The notes under the pieces were generated by a model. The model was not told the DNA's origin. It saw only the letters and a program-made list of their open reading frames with translations, and made no database searches. This document shows positions 18,673-32,542 of a stretch of DNA of 64,000 nucleotides, one piece after another. The translations under genes were made by a program, and so were the position numbers. Every line of letters starts with the position of its first letter. Within the stretch, counting starts at the first letter, position 1. The DNA lies in assembly GCA_963788655.1 (NCBI GenBank), contig CAWBHS010000078.1, positions 32,001 to 96,000 of the forward strand. Reading direction: 5' to 3'. The DNA comes from an uncultured Verrucomicrobiae bacterium (lineage in GTDB: Bacteria; Verrucomicrobiota; Verrucomicrobiia; Limisphaerales; JAFGQR01).

Positions 18673-18944
18673 GAGCCTGTTTTAAAATTCGGCGTGGTCC
18701 TGTTTTCTCGGAAAAGGCCGGCTGGCGAGGCGCGACGAACGCGCATACCCGCCGCGGTCTGTAAGCGAGGAGCAACGAAGCCAGCCGGCCTTTTCCGAGA
18801 AAACCCGCAGGGCGGCGGGTCTTTTGAACGTGGGCTTCGTTGGCTCGATCCTTACAGCCCACTGCGGGGATGCGCGGACCGCGCCGCCTCGCCCGCGTCC
18901 AAAATCCCTCGCCGCAGGACCTCGCCCAATTTTAAAACAGGGTC
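18673..18944. mobile_element. MITE A, 272 bp, TAA target duplication
   Basis: TIR GAGCCTGTTTTAAAATT / AATTTTAAAACAGGGTC (1 mismatch), TAA on both sides, long internal hairpins. Confidence 0.85.
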
Positions 18945-18947
18945 TAA

Positions 18948-19141
18948 GCCGTGACTATTCAGTAGGACAGGCGTCCCGCCTGCCCCGAACGAGTGCAAAC
19001 CAACAACTTGTATCACGGCGCCGCGAGTATTTCTATGTCATCAAACGGTGAGGATGCCTTGGGCTATTCGAGACAGGCGAGACGCCTGTCCTACCACGCC
19101 GAACTGCCTCATCGCAGCACCAGCTACTGAATTGATACGGC
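18948..19141. mobile_element. MITE B copy 1, 194 bp, carrying a GTAG REP doublet
   Basis: Ends GCCGTGACTATTCAGTAG / CTACTGAATTGATACGGC, flanked by TAA; homolog at 29244. Confidence 0.8.
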
Positions 19142-19165
19142 TAAGACGATCTGGCGTGGTTGGAA

Positions 19166-19290
19166 TGGGGAGCGCGCCCGCCCCGGGCGCCGTGGGTGGC
19201 GCCTCGCCAACCACTTTCAAGCACTCCAAGTAGCGTACTATTCAGTGACGGCTCAGTCATCGGGCCAACCGAGGAGGGCGCGCCCCCTAT
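19166..19290. repeat. REPIN (family 5), partial
   Basis: GGGGAGCGCGCCCGCCCCGGGCGC arm similar to the element at 42566; right arm truncated. Confidence 0.6.
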
Positions 19291-19374
19291 TCTCTATTCC
19301 ACAGATAAGGCTTACCCGCATTCCAGACTCGACGGACTCTTCGGCTAACCGGTAGAACTCCTCCTGCAATTTTT

Positions 19375-19875
19375 ATGGCAACAAATGACAACCCGCTGGT
19401 CGGGATTATTATGGGCAGTCAATCGGACTGGGACGTGATGCAACATGCCGCCCGGCAACTGAAGGAACTGGGGGTGCCGCACGAAGTGCAGATTATTTCG
19501 GCGCATCGCACTCCCGATTTGCTGTTTGAGTATGCGTCGGGCGCCGCGGCGCGCGGCTTGGAAATCATTATTGCCGCCGCTGGCGGGGCCGCCCACCTGG
19601 CCGGCGTGACGGCGGCCAAGACCGTCCTGCCCGTATTGGGGGTGCCGATGGAGTCCAAAGCTCTCCACGGCATGGACTCACTACTGTCCATGGTGCAAAT
19701 GCCCGGCGGTGTTCCGGTGGGCACCCTGGCCATCGGTAAATCCGGGGCCATCAATGCCGCGCTGTTGGCGACCGCAATTTTGGGGAATAAACATCCGCAA
19801 CACCGGGCGGCATACGAAGCGTTCCGTCAGAAGCAAACGGCCCGCGGTTTGGAGAACCGGATGCCACCGGGTTAG
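19375..19875 (+). CDS. purE: N5-carboxyaminoimidazole ribonucleotide mutase
   Basis: [31 protein letters not shown]. Confidence 0.96.
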   Translation: MATNDNPLVGIIMGSQSDWDVMQHAARQLKELGVPHEVQIISAHRTPDLLFEYASGAAARGLEIIIAAAGGAAHLAGVTAAKTVLPVLGVPMESKALHGMDSLLSMVQMPGGVPVGTLAIGKSGAINAALLATAILGNKHPQHRAAYEAFRQKQTARGLENRMPPG

Positions 19876-19949
19876 GACTGAACTCAGCCGGCTCATATTT
19901 TTCCGCTTTCTTTAGGGGCGAACATCCGGCATTTTGCGCTCTGCTATTT

Positions 19950-20582
19950 ATGTTTGGAATTAAGTTATCCTCCCTGGCGGTATTGTTGGGATTGGTGGTG
20001 GCGCTGGTCAATGGCTGGGGATTGTGGAATCCCGTGGCGTTCAAGACGGCGGCACGCAAGTTTCCGCGTCACACGCAGTTGGGCGTATGGCTCATGGTCA
20101 TTGCCACGGCATGGTTTCTTTACAATTTGAGCCTGGAAGAGGTTTCCGATTTCGTCAGCTTCAAGCCCGCCTTGTATGCCTTGTTCGCCGGGGTGGGCAT
20201 CGGCACTTGCATTTTTGTGCGCGACTTTCTGCCGATTCGGGCATTGGCCGTCCTGTTTCTGTTGCTGGGCAAGTTGATGGTGGATACTGCCCGGTGGGAA
20301 CGCACCGAGTGGCGCCTGGTAATCGTGATTTGGGCGTACGTGTGGATCATTGCGGGAATGTGGTTGACCATTTCGCCCTGGCGGCTGCGGGACTTCATCC
20401 ATTGGTCCACGGCGAATGACAATCGAATGCGGCTGATCTGCGGGCTGCGGGCCGGATTCGGCATCTTTGTGGTGCTGCTGGGATTGACCACGTTCCGTGT
20501 GTCGGAACATTCCCAACCCGCAACTGCCACGATCGGCCGTCCGGTGATCATTGCCGCAGCGCCCGGCCTTCCGACCTTGTGA
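19950..20582 (+). CDS. Hypothetical multi-pass membrane protein
   Basis: About six TM segments; overlaps the next gene by 4 nt. Confidence 0.75.
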   Translation: MFGIKLSSLAVLLGLVVALVNGWGLWNPVAFKTAARKFPRHTQLGVWLMVIATAWFLYNLSLEEVSDFVSFKPALYALFAGVGIGTCIFVRDFLPIRALAVLFLLLGKLMVDTARWERTEWRLVIVIWAYVWIIAGMWLTISPWRLRDFIHWSTANDNRMRLICGLRAGFGIFVVLLGLTTFRVSEHSQPATATIGRPVIIAAAPGLPTL

Positions 20583-21502
20583 CGCGCTCGCGCGGCAAGA
20601 TTCTGGTTATTCGCGGCGGGGCCATCGGCGATTTTATTCTGACAATTCCGGCCCTGGCGGCCCTGCGACAGCAGTTTCCTGAAACCCACCTCGAAGTCCT
20701 CGGTTACGCCCACATTGCCCAACTGGCGTTGGCGGGCGGGTTGGTGGACGCGGTCCGCTCCATCGATGCCCGGTCCCTGGCGGGTTTCTTCGCGCGCGAT
20801 GGTGTTCTGGCGGAGGAACTGCAGGAGTATTTTGCCAGCTTTGCGATCGTGGTTTCGTATTTGTACGACCCGGATGAAATCTTTCGCACGAACCTGGCTC
20901 GCTGCTCGAAAGCCCAATTCATTGCCGGCCCGCATCGTCCGGATGAAACCCTTGGCCTTCATGCCACCGAGACGTTTCTCAAACCGCTGGAGCGGGTGGC
21001 GGTGTTTGACGCCGATCCGGCGCCCCGGCTGACACTCCAATTTCCCCGCAGCCGTTCCGCGCAATTGGCCTTGCATCCGGGCAGTGGAAGTGAACGTAAG
21101 AATTGGCCCGAGCCGAAATGGGCCGAACTCATCGCCCAATTGGTGCAGACGACCGACTGGCAATTCCTCCTGGTCGGGGGCGAAGCCGAAGGCGACCGAC
21201 TGGATCGGCTGGCGGCGTTGATTCCACCAGACCGTTTACAGCTTGCCCGCAACCTTCCGCTGGTGAATCTGGCCGAGCGCCTCAGTCAATGCCCGCTGTT
21301 CATCGGCCACGACTCAGGCATTACGCATCTGGCCGCCGCTTTGAATGTGCCCGCGTGTGTGCTATGGAGCGAAACGCTCGAAGAGGTTTGGCAGCCTCGT
21401 GGTGAAAACGTGCGACTCTTGCGGCACCCGGACGGGTTGGCGGCGCTTCCCGTTCAAGAGGTCACCGCAATGGTAAAAGACTGGCGCTTGAAGCTGGTTT
21501 GA
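20579..21502 (+). CDS. Glycosyltransferase family 9 (heptosyltransferase-like)
   Basis: GAIGDFIL, LHPGSG, KNWP, FIGHDSGITHLAAA. Confidence 0.9.
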   Translation: MTRSRGKILVIRGGAIGDFILTIPALAALRQQFPETHLEVLGYAHIAQLALAGGLVDAVRSIDARSLAGFFARDGVLAEELQEYFASFAIVVSYLYDPDEIFRTNLARCSKAQFIAGPHRPDETLGLHATETFLKPLERVAVFDADPAPRLTLQFPRSRSAQLALHPGSGSERKNWPEPKWAELIAQLVQTTDWQFLLVGGEAEGDRLDRLAALIPPDRLQLARNLPLVNLAERLSQCPLFIGHDSGITHLAAALNVPACVLWSETLEEVWQPRGENVRLLRHPDGLAALPVQEVTAMVKDWRLKLV

Positions 21503-21532
21503 AACGGCGTTTTCGATTGAACGCAGTGCCAG

Positions 21533-21680
21533 AAATCAATGACCAAGGCCCAATACCCAATGACCAGAGAATGCCCAACTGCCAAGTTCCAACGGGAGAA
21601 TGGATGGGGTTGGGTTGATTAACTGGTCATTGGGTATCGGTCGTTCTTTGGTGCTTGGTGCTTGGTTATTGGTCATTTCT
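21533..21680. repeat. Heptamer-repeat imperfect inverted element
   Basis: CAATGACC/CCAATACC left units; TGGTCAT/TGGTGCT/TGGTTAT right units; same type as 3314-3475. Confidence 0.72.
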
Positions 21681-22358
21681 GGTCAGCGGCGTTAGCTGGA
21701 CCGCGCGAAACTGGATCTCTCCGCCTTCGGATTGAAGCCCAATCGGACCGGCGAGCACTTCGCAATCGGTCGCCTCGTTGACCAGTTTGCCATTCACCCA
21801 AACCTTGAGATTCGGACCGTTGAGCAGGATTTCATATTTGTTCCATTCCCCGGGCGGGTTCTCATTGCCGGAAATCTTCTGCACCCCGATGAAGTCTCCG
21901 AGCAACTCATGGCCTTTGGCTTCTTTGCGGCGAGCTGGGTCGCCATCGATCTTCATCCCGTGAAATCCATAGAGATCACCGGCACTGCCGCTCTTGAGTT
22001 GGGCCTCGATGCAGCGCGGCAATGCCTGTGGTTTGCCATTGATGCGCATCAGCACGCCGCTATTGCCGGGGTTCTTTCCGGGCGCCCAGCACCATTCCAC
22101 GACCAGGCGGAAGTTGGTGTAAGAGTCCTTGGTGCCCAGGTAACCCATGGGTTCGCCTTTGCAGTCCAAGAGGCCGTCTTGCACGCTCCAGACTTGGTCT
22201 TTGGTAACCTTCGGTTCGGCCAGGACCGCGGTCCAGTTGGTAAGATTCTGACCATTGAACAGGTCCACCGGGCGGATGGAAATCGGATCCTTCGTGGTGG
22301 AACAGGCCGTCAACCAGACACCGACTAATAGTGCGGAAAATAGATGGAGGTTTTTCAT
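21666..22358 (-). CDS. DUF1080 domain lipoprotein
   Basis: LTAC lipobox; LFNGQNL, GNSGVL, GEWN, IGLQSEG. Confidence 0.88.
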   Translation of the reverse strand: MKNLHLFSALLVGVWLTACSTTKDPISIRPVDLFNGQNLTNWTAVLAEPKVTKDQVWSVQDGLLDCKGEPMGYLGTKDSYTNFRLVVEWCWAPGKNPGNSGVLMRINGKPQALPRCIEAQLKSGSAGDLYGFHGMKIDGDPARRKEAKGHELLGDFIGVQKISGNENPPGEWNKYEILLNGPNLKVWVNGKLVNEATDCEVLAGPIGLQSEGGEIQFRAVQLTPLTRNDQ

Positions 22359-22568
22359 GGATATCTTTTGTGCTTTCAGGTTTGCGCGAACTATTCAGAC
22401 ATGTTCGCCAAAAGGCTACTCCAAAATAAGGACATCTCCTCTGACTTTCCCGTTGACAGTCGCCAGCCGTAAAGGTCTTAATGCGCCCATTGCTGTACCC
22501 ACTTTTGCACACGGAAAGTGTTTGCGGGACCGAACATCGAACAGGACACCGAATATCATTGAAACACC

Positions 22569-23682
22569 ATGAGTGATCGCAAAGTCAATGTCGCCATCGT
22601 CGGATTGGGTTTTGGCGCGGAGTTCATTCCTCTTTTTCAGCGTCATCCCCACGCCAACCTGGTTGCCATCTGCCAGCGGACCAAGGAAAAGTTGGACGCG
22701 GTCGGCGATGCGTTCGGGGTGGAAAAACGGTACACCCGTTTCGAGGATCTGATCAAAGATCCGGAGGTGGACGCCGTCCACATCAATTCACCCATCCATT
22801 TGCACGCCCCGCAGAGCATTGCGGCGCTGAAAGCCGGCAAACACGTGGCCAGCACGGTGCCGGCCGCCACCACGGTCGAGGAGTGCAAACAAATCGTCAA
22901 AGCCGCCGAACGCGCCAAAAAGAATTACATGATGATGGAGACGGTGATCTATTCGCGCGAGTTCCTGTACGTGCGCGAATTGCGCGACACCGGCAAATTG
23001 GGCCGCATCCAATTCATGCGCGGTTCCCATCTGCAAAACATGTACGGCTGGCCGGGGTATTGGGAAGGCTTGCCGCCGATGCATTATGCGACGCACTGTG
23101 TCAGCCCGTGCCTGGCCATTGTCAAAGGAGAGGCCGACTATGTCTCCTGCCTGGGCTCCGGCCGCATTGCGGAGAACTTGATTGGCAAGTACGGCTCACC
23201 TTTTTCCTTCGAAACCGCGCATTGCAAGGTGCGCAACCAGGACGTGGCCCTCGAAGTGACGCGCTATTTGTTCGACGCCGCCCGGCAATACATTGAAAGC
23301 TTCGATGTGTACGGCTCGCAGAACGTCCTTCGAATGGCAGTTGGTCGAGGGCGACGATCCGGTCTTGCACTTGGGCGGCGAGAAAGTCGAAAAGGTGAAG
23401 GTGCCGGATTATGCCCACTTGCTGCCCGAGCCTCTCCAGCCGTTTACGACCAAGGGTGTCTATGACGCCGAACAACACGCGCATCTTTCCTTCATCCAAG
23501 GCAGCGGGCATGGCGGTTCGCATCCGCACCTGGCGCACGAGTTCATCATGAGCATCGTCGATGGCCGGCCCTCATTCCCGGACGTGTATCAATCCGTCAA
23601 CTGGACCATGGTGGGCATTTGCGCCCATGAATCCGCCACGCGCGGCGGGGCCATCATCAAGATCCCTGATTTTCGAAAATAA
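22569..23682 (+). CDS. Gfo/Idh/MocA oxidoreductase (frameshift near 23320)
   Basis: VAIVGLGFG, AGKHVASTVP; C-terminus HGGSHPHL continues in another frame. Confidence 0.85.
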
Positions 23683-23768
23683 TTTGAATCCGTCTTTCAG
23701 TTACTGAGTCATTGGAAAGCAAATTTTTGGCTTGCGGTCCTACATAAGAAAAAGCGACAAAACCCTCT

Positions 23769-25298
23769 ATGAACAATCAATCGACCCAACCGGGCGCCCA
23801 ACTGCCCGATTATATCACGAGTGCGAAACCGAATCCCGCGACGAACCGCGCCGCCTGGTACAAGGGAACTGCTCCGACGTATGCGGGTATTTTCCTCTGG
23901 TTCGTCTTTTGGCAAGACGCGGTGAACGCATCCTCCGTTGGCGGGGCGCTGGCGCACGGCCTGGGAATTGCCTTGCTTGGCATTGTGCTCGCGGCGCTAA
24001 TCTGCCACTTCCTATTCTATCTCGTGCCGGGCTTGCTAGGGCAACGGACGGGGCTGCCGCTTTACATCGTAGGCACCTCGACCTTTGGGGCGACGGGTGG
24101 TTTCCTTATGCCCGGATTCCTGATGGGCGTCCTGCAGTTCGGCTGGTTGGGCGTCAACATCTATTTCTCTTCCCTGGCGTTGAGTGCGATGATTCCCATT
24201 CCCGCCAAGATCATCATGGTGATTTGGGGATTACTGGCGGCCTTTGTGGGATTAAAGGGCATTCAATACGTCGCCAAGGTGGCCACTTATTTGCCACTGA
24301 TCCCGCTGGGTGTGCTCTTGCTCCTGTTCTTCATGACCGTTGGTGGGATTGGTAAATTTGATCCCCAGACCATGGAGAACATTCACATGGAAGTGGCAGC
24401 GGGTCCGACCATGATGGGTTCGGCCGCCCCGGCCATGAGCACTTTTCAAGTGCTGGCCTTCATCTTGACGGTGATCGTTGGATTTTTTGCTACCGCTGGC
24501 GCCGCCGGTGTCGATTTCGGCATGGGCAACCGCGACAGCAAGGATGTAAAGATGGGCGGTCTAATTGGCATCGCCCTTGCCACGGTGGTCACCGCGGGTT
24601 TGTCCGCGATGATTATTGCCGGCATCTATGGCAATCCTGAATTGAGTGAGAAAGCGAAAAACGCGGCCACCGCAGCGGTAACCCAGGCCGTTGACAATCA
24701 GGCAAAAGCGGCAGGAACGACTTTGACGGAGGTGCAGCAGGAAGCGATTTCCGTGCGGGAAGCCCCTAACGCTTTATATCGTCCTACCAGTTTGATTAAA
24801 GTTGTCTTAGGCGAAACAGCTTCCGGCTGGTTGTTGTTCCTTTTGGCACTGGCAGCTTTCCCGCCGGCGTGTTTCTCTTCATTTATTGCGGCCAACAGCT
24901 TCAAAACCACCTTGCCCAAAGTGAATCCATTTATCTCGGTAGGCATTGGCGCGGCCGTCAGTATCATTTTGGCCATCTCAGGATGGGCTGGTGATGCCGT
25001 CAGGGTTTTCCAAATCATTGGCGCTTCCTTTGGTCCAATCTGCGGCGCCATGATGGTTGATTTCCTGCTGAACGGCAAAAAATGGTCTGGCCCCCGTAAT
25101 GGTTTCAACCCTGCCGGCTGGATCGCGTGGTTGCTGGGTTTTGGCGTGGGCATTGCCCCGAAGTTTGGCTTGCCAATTCCCGCGGCACCGGTTGCGGCGT
25201 TTGTCGTAGGAGCGGTCGTCTTCCTGATTTGTTCCAAGATTGGCTTGCAATCGAAGGTCGTTCCGCTGCCGGCGTCGCTGGCTGATGCAGCAAAATAG
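23769..25298 (+). CDS. NCS1/cytosine-permease family transporter
   Basis: About 12 TM segments; GQRTGLPL, STFG, QFGWLGVN. Confidence 0.8.
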   Translation: MNNQSTQPGAQLPDYITSAKPNPATNRAAWYKGTAPTYAGIFLWFVFWQDAVNASSVGGALAHGLGIALLGIVLAALICHFLFYLVPGLLGQRTGLPLYIVGTSTFGATGGFLMPGFLMGVLQFGWLGVNIYFSSLALSAMIPIPAKIIMVIWGLLAAFVGLKGIQYVAKVATYLPLIPLGVLLLLFFMTVGGIGKFDPQTMENIHMEVAAGPTMMGSAAPAMSTFQVLAFILTVIVGFFATAGAAGVDFGMGNRDSKDVKMGGLIGIALATVVTAGLSAMIIAGIYGNPELSEKAKNAATAAVTQAVDNQAKAAGTTLTEVQQEAISVREAPNALYRPTSLIKVVLGETASGWLLFLLALAAFPPACFSSFIAANSFKTTLPKVNPFISVGIGAAVSIILAISGWAGDAVRVFQIIGASFGPICGAMMVDFLLNGKKWSGPRNGFNPAGWIAWLLGFGVGIAPKFGLPIPAAPVAAFVVGAVVFLICSKIGLQSKVVPLPASLADAAK

Positions 25299-25338
25299 GC
25301 GACGGATCAGCTTTGCTCGAACTGTTCTGTTCTCAACG

Positions 25339-25380
25339 TCCGCCCGCGTGGAGTAATTCCCGCGGGCGGATTTGTCTTCT
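25339..25380 (+). terminator. Rho-independent terminator
   Basis: TCCGCCCGCG/CGCGGGCGGA stem followed by a T-rich tract, between convergent genes. Confidence 0.65.
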
Positions 25381-25529
25381 GGCCCGGGAGTTGTCTTTGG
25401 AGCGGCCGACGCGACGCGGCCCAAATTGCAGATTCCCCGATCAAGACGCTTCTTTTTCGGCAGGGACAGTGCGCAAACCCACGTCGTCCTTTCTGCTCTT
25501 GCGCCGGTCTGTTTCGTCGTGGAGGCGGG

Positions 25530-26550
25530 TCAAAGCAATGCGCCCTGATTACTGCTGCCCGGTTTGAGCCCGAGTTTTTGATAGCTCAATTCGGTCGCTA
25601 CCCGGCCTTGCGGGGTGCGCTTGAGGTAGCCCTCCATGATCAGATACGGCTCATACACTTCCTCGATCGTGTCGGGTTCCTCGCCCACGGCCACCGCCAG
25701 CGAATTCACGCCGACCGGGCCGCCGCCGAATTTCACGATCACCGCCTCCAAGAATGCGCTTGTCCATTTCGTCCAGGCCGTTCTCGTCGATCTCCAGCAT
25801 GGCCAGCGCCTGGTCGGCCATCTCCGCGGTGATGCGGCCGTCGCCGCGCACCTGGGCGTAATCGCGGACGCGGCGCAGCAGGTTGTTCGCAATGCGCGGC
25901 GTGCCCCGGCTGCGGCGGGCGATTTCGTGCGCGCCATGTTCCTCGATTTCAATGTTCAGCAGCCGCGAGGAGCGGACGACGATTTTTTGGAGGTCGTCGG
26001 CATGGTAATAATCCAGCCGTTCGCGGATGGGAAAGCGCGTCAGCAGCGGCGCCGTCAGCAGGCCGCTACGGGTCGTGGCGCCGATCAACGTAAAGCGCGG
26101 CAGGTTCAAGCGGACGCTGCGGGCATTCGGCCCCTGGTCGATGATGATGTCCAGTTTGAAATCCTCCATGGCCGGGTAGAGGTATTCCTCGATGGTCTTT
26201 TGCAGGCGATGGATTTCGTCCACGAACAGCACGTCGCCTTCGTCCAGATTGGTCAGCAAGCCGGCCAGGTCACTGGCCTTTTCGATGGTCGGTCCGCTGG
26301 TACACTTGATGGTGGCGCCCATGGCCTTGGCCAGGATATGGGCGAGAGTGGTTTTGCCCAGGCCGGGCGGGCCGTTGAGCAAAATATGATCCAGGGGTTC
26401 GCCGCGCTGCCGGGCGGCCTGCACGGTGATTTCAAGGCGTTCCTTGACCTTCGGCTGGCCGGTGAAATCCGCAAAGATCGATGGCCGCAGCGTCATTTCC
26501 AACGCTGCGTCCGGCTTCGTCAAAACATCTGAAACCATGCGTTCAGCCAT
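25530..26550 (-). CDS. ruvB: Holliday junction branch migration helicase RuvB (frameshift near 25752)
   Basis: [35 protein letters not shown]-terminal GGPVG...EPYL..RTPQGR in a second frame. Confidence 0.95.
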
Positions 26551-26703
26551 CGCCAGCCAAGCATGAGCAATGGCGCGCGTGGCGACAAGGGCAAAAGGCG
26601 GTGCGCGGGAACGAGTTCGAGTCGTCGGAGCAAAAAAAGGGGAATAGTTGGCAAAAATTTGCTTGGCACGCCTGCCGTTCCTCCGAAACACTCCGCGGCA
26701 TTT

Positions 26704-29157
<2,454 letters not shown>

Positions 29158-29183
29158 AACCGGTAGTGTCTCCTGTTTCATCG

Positions 29184-29214
29184 AAGAGCCGCCCGCGTGG
29201 GTGGCTCTTTATTT
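29184..29214 (+). terminator. Rho-independent terminator after hppA
   Basis: AAGAGCCGCCC-GCGT-GGGTGGCTCTT then TATTT. Confidence 0.75.
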
Positions 29215-29243
29215 GGCCGTGACCTTCAGTTTGAAGCATCTTA

Positions 29244-29436
29244 TTCGTGACTATTCAGTAGGACAGGCGTCCCGCCTGTCTCGAACGACTGCAAACCATC
29301 GATTTGCACGCGGCGTAGGAAGTCTCTCCAGGTCATCAAAAGGTGAAAATGTTCTTGGCTATTCGAGACAGGCGAGACGCCTGTCCTACGCCGCCGAATC
29401 GCGTCATCGCTGCTCCAGTTGCTGAATGGATACGGC
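29244..29436. mobile_element. MITE B copy 2, 193 bp, TTA target duplication
   Basis: Homologous along its whole length to 18948-19141; flanked by TTA on both sides. Confidence 0.8.
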
Positions 29437-29505
29437 TTATTCGCAGCGGCACTTTGCTTCAGTTTCAGTTTGCCTCGCGCCGCCGCGCGGCCTAAAGAGT
29501 AAGAC

Positions 29506-32213
29506 ATGCAACGCACATTTCCCTGGCTTTATGCTGCCTCATTAGCCCTGGGTCTGAGTCTGCTTCCGGCGGCTCGCGCGGTGGACCTGCACGTCGCGCC
29601 GGACGGCAACGATACTTGGTCCGGCACACTTGCGCGTCCAAACGCGGCTCGCACTGACGGCCCGCTGGCCACCTTGACCGGTGCGCGCGACATTCTGCGG
29701 CGTCTGCGCGCGCAAGGACATCTGAACGAGCCGGTTCACGTCCGGATCGCCTCGGGCGAGTACCCGCTGACAAAACCGTTCGTGTTGGAGCCCGAAGACA
29801 GCGGCACGGCGCAAGCCCCGGTCTTCTATGAGGCGGTTGCAAAGGCGAAGCCGGTTTTTTCCGGAGGACGGGAAATCCATGGTTTCAAGGTGGGTCCCAA
29901 TGGCATGTGGCAGGCGCACGTTCCGGAGGTCGCCAACGGCACGTGGTATTTCGAACAACTCTGGGTCAATGGCCGCCGGGCGACGCGCGCACGCTCACCC
30001 AACAAATTCTATTACTACATGCTCGAAGTGCGCGAGGAACCGTTGACCGGAGGCGGTTCGCGCCGTGCCCGAACGGCCCGCCAAACGATCCGGGTCAATC
30101 CCGCCGTGCTCGAGCCGTTGGCCCGGTTGACGCCGCAGGAATTCAAGGATGTCAATCTGGTGGCCTATCACAAGTGGGACAATACCCGGCGGTTCCTCGA
30201 CAAAATCGCTACCGATGACAGCGCGTTGGTTACCACCGGTGCCGGCATGAAGTCCTGGAACCCGATGACCAAAAACACGCGTTTCATTCTCGAAAACTTC
30301 CGGCTTGCGCTCGACGCACCGGGCGAATGGTTTCTGGCACGCGACGGCACCTTGTCTTACCTCCCACTTCCCGGCGAGGACATGACGCAGGCGCAGGTGA
30401 TCGCGCCAGTGACGGAAAAGTTTGTGCTCATCCAAGGTGATCCAACCAAAGGGAAGTTCGTGGAGCACGTAACGATCAGAGGTTTGACCTTCCGTCACGG
30501 CCAATGGCTGACCCCGCCCGAGGGCTTCGAGCCGGCCCAAGCTGCTTCGCCCATTGATGCCGTTATCCTGGCGGACGGCGCTCGCCACGTGACGCTTGAC
30601 GATTGTGAGGTCGGCCACATTGGTCTCTACGGCGTCTGGTTCCGTCAAGGCTGCACCGATTGCGCGGTGCGCCATTGTTTCGTACACGACCTCGGCGCTG
30701 GCGGCGTGCGCATTGGGGAAACGAGCATCGCCCGGAACGAAACTGAACGCACCAGCCGCATCACGGTCGATAACAACATCATCCGGCACGGCGGACGTAT
30801 TTTTCCCTGCGCGGTTGGCGTGTGGATTGGTCACAGTGCGGAAAATCGGGTGACGCATAATGAAATCGCCGATCTCTATTACACCGGGATCAGCGTGGGC
30901 TGGCGCTGGGGTTACGGCGAGAGCCTGGCCAAACGAAACACAATTGCCTTCAATCATGTTCACCACATTGGCTGGGGCGTGCTGAGCGACATGGGGGGCA
31001 TTTACACGCTTGGACCGTCGCAAGGCACCGTCGTAACCAACAACGTATTCCACGACGTGTATTCCTATTCTTACGGCGGCTGGGGACTCTATACGGATGA
31101 AGGTAGCACCGGCATCTTGTTTGAAAACAACCTCGTCTATAACGTCAAGAACGGTGGGTTCCATCAGCACTACGGTCGGGAAAACATTCTGCGCAACAAT
31201 ATCCTGGCATTCAGCAAACTCTACCAATTGCAGGCGACTCGCGTGGAAGATCACCTCTCGTTCACGTTTGAAAACAACCTGGTGTATTACGATTCCGGCG
31301 TATTGCTGCAGGGGCCGTGGGACAAGGTTCAGCACGTGATGCGCAGCAATTGCTATTGGAATGCCAGCGGTGGCCCGGTGGAATTTCTCGGCAAATCGCT
31401 GAAGCAATGGCAGGCGTTGGGGAATGATGCGGGCTCGATCATTGCCGATCCCCGGTTTGAGGACGCACCGCATCGCGATTTCCGGCTACGCACGGTTCGC
31501 CGGCGAGCAAGATCGGATTCAAACCGTTTGATCCTTCGCCAGCCGGAGTCTATGGCGACGCGGGCTGGAAGGCACAAGCCACGTCCGCAAGCTTTCCGCC
31601 ATTGGAGATCGCTCCCGAGCCGCCGCCGGTGCCTATTCGGGCCACGTTCGAGCGCGACCCGGTCGGCAAACGTCCGTCGGAAGGGGACGTTCACCTGGAG
31701 AACAAAGGCGACGCCATCGTGGTGACCGATGAAACGGCCGCCACCGGGAAGCGCAGCGTGAAGATCGTCGATGCGCCGGGGCTGCAGTTCACGTATAACC
31801 CGCACTACACCTACGGCGTGAACTACCCCGAGGGCCGGCTTCGCAATGGTTTCAGTCTGCGGATCGAACAGAATTCGGAGATCAGCTTCGAATGGCGCGA
31901 TTGGAGTGAAGGGCCGTACCAGACCGGTCCGAATTTTTCGATTTCTAACGGCGAACTGAGAGTCGGTAACTCTGCTCCAGTGAAGCTGCCGCTTGATCAA
32001 TGGGTCCATTTCCAAATTCGCGCCGGTATCGGCCAGCAATTCGATGGTCACTGGACGCTCACGGTCGCTGCGCCCGGCCAAGCTCCGCGCGAATTCAAGG
32101 GCTTGGATTTCCGGAGCTCGAAATTCAAGAAGTTGACCTGGCTCGGTTTCACGAGCAACGCCACGCGGGCGACGGCCTTCTATCTGGACGACTTCACGCT
32201 TGATTTGGAATAG
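29506..32213 (+). CDS. Secreted right-handed parallel beta-helix glycan-active protein (GH141-like), frameshift near 31495
   Basis: [39 protein letters not shown]; the C-terminal domain continues in ORF 31602-32213. Confidence 0.82.
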
Positions 32214-32252
32214 GCGTTGAGCACAGGCATTTCCAGGCCGGAACCCAACCCT

Positions 32253-32430
32253 GGTAGGGCGAGACTCCGTCGAGCTCTGACTGCTCCGAAGCACCTCCGA
32301 TAATAACATGACGATGAAGGAAAAACCCTTGGCGCTTGAATACGACAGCCGGCAGACTCCCCGCGATTTCGGTTTTTGGTGTTCGCCGGTGAAGGGGAGA
32401 AGTCAGGACTCGACGGAGTCTCGCCCTACC
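32253..32430. repeat. REPIN (family 2) copy 3
   Basis: Arms 32253-32280 and 32403-32430. Confidence 0.85.
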
Positions 32431-32542
32431 ATCATGGTGTAGGTTGCGGAACTGCCAATTTTGCTTTTCCCCGTTGCATCCGCTGCCATCCAATTCCCTC
32501 CTGTTGGCGTGACATTTGGCGACTTCTTCGATCTAATCACCA

